From the NCBI GenBank assembly GCA_040143965.1, contig JASJQH010006947.1, positions 1-33,702 of the forward strand: a DNA stretch of 33,702 nucleotides. The letters are read 5' to 3'. Below the pieces are notes generated by a model. That model worked only from the letters and a program-made list of their open reading frames with translations, had not been told where the DNA came from and ran no database searches. Shown here piece after piece: positions 33,037 to 33,702 of the stretch (its first letter is position 1; every line of letters begins with the position of its first letter). The DNA is from Basidiobolus ranarum. Its lineage: Eukaryota. The position numbers and the translations under genes are program-made.

Positions 33037-33702
33037 ATGAATCGAGAAAATTTGAGAATTAGTATATTGTACTTTGCACTTAGTTTCAGTACCTGGCTGT
33101 TAGTTTTGCACACTCTTGTATCAGTAAGTAGAACTGCTGTTGTCTGCCAGACAAGCCATCTGCTGATATAACTTTGCTTTTGAAATATAGCTTTGCGGCA
33201 GTCTTCAGATTCTTATATATTGCATACAACCTAGCCATCCCTTCCTATATAATCAAGACGCCCTTACGTACTTTGTACTATGTGCCTACTGCGGGTTTTT
33301 TTATTGGTATAGAGATAATAGGCCCAAAGTTGTTCAAATATGCTCTCGAACTGCCTGGGTATGCCTTATTATTAATATTATTCGCATCGTTCCGATTACT
33401 TTTGTCATCAAGAATGCGGATTCGACTTGTAAGGGCTTGAATAACATCGCTGAAATGGAAACCTATACCAACATGCAATACTGGGACTTGGCTGTGTGTG
33501 TAAGTACTGCTTATCTAAACACTTTCCTTTCATTTTGCTGAGTGAATTTCCGTATAGGCTTTAAATGGTATGCAAATATGGATTTGTCATGACAAAATTA
33601 AGGGAAATCAAAACTCCATTCCATATTTCTGGGCGGGTTTGATTATCAGTATGCTTGGTGCTTGCAAATTTGGTTTAGATGTCTTTTGTGAAAGAATGAG
33701 TA
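33037..33702 (+). CDS. Divergent four-TM family member C, 3'-partial; join(33037..33123,33191..33499,33558..>33702)
   Basis: Exon 1 is 29 codons like gene A (MNRENLRISILYFALSFSTWLLVLHTLVS). Phase-0 GTAAGT introns sit at equivalent positions. Exon 2 is open (LCGSLQILIYCIQP...KNADSTCKGLNNIAEME) and exon 3 ALNGMQIWICHDKI... is open to the window end. Not in the ORF track. Confidence 0.72.

Noticed and set aside
33174-33440. ORF-track 88-aa ORF, and similarly the 27203 and 31226 ORFs, as independent genes
   Set aside because: They are wrong-frame or intron read-through products of the four-TM family copies.

Overview
This is AT-rich eukaryotic DNA with short GT-AG introns and CTRAC-type branch points. 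Gene content points to a fungus, most plausibly an early-diverging lineage such as Zoopagomycota/Basidiobolus (inference only). No rRNA, tRNA, CRISPR array or transposase was recognised. From left to right it contains: the 5' end of a PP2C (Ptc2/3) gene; an intronless bacterial/plant-type alpha/beta-hydrolase; a 4-exon gene missed by the ORF track whose N-terminus resembles animal TERB2; two tandem secreted proteins with about 25 in-register Gxxx tetrads; two tandem type-II membrane SGNH/PC-esterase proteins; an F-box/LRR gene; a Pcl-type cyclin; a disordered protein with two PAM2-like motifs; medium-chain acyl-CoA dehydrogenase; a Pro/Ser/Thr-rich probable GPI protein; 8-exon mitochondrial release factor MRF1; a 6-exon gene resembling animal Gdown1/POLR2M; an HMGB-type gene; and a ~7.4 kb array of four-TM genes (3 apparently intact, about 5 decayed). 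The main surprises are the two spliced genes resembling proteins usually described as metazoan (Gdown1, TERB2), the secreted glycine-stripe pair and the hidden four-TM array. All exon structures and homologies were derived by eye from memory of the families; no database search was run.
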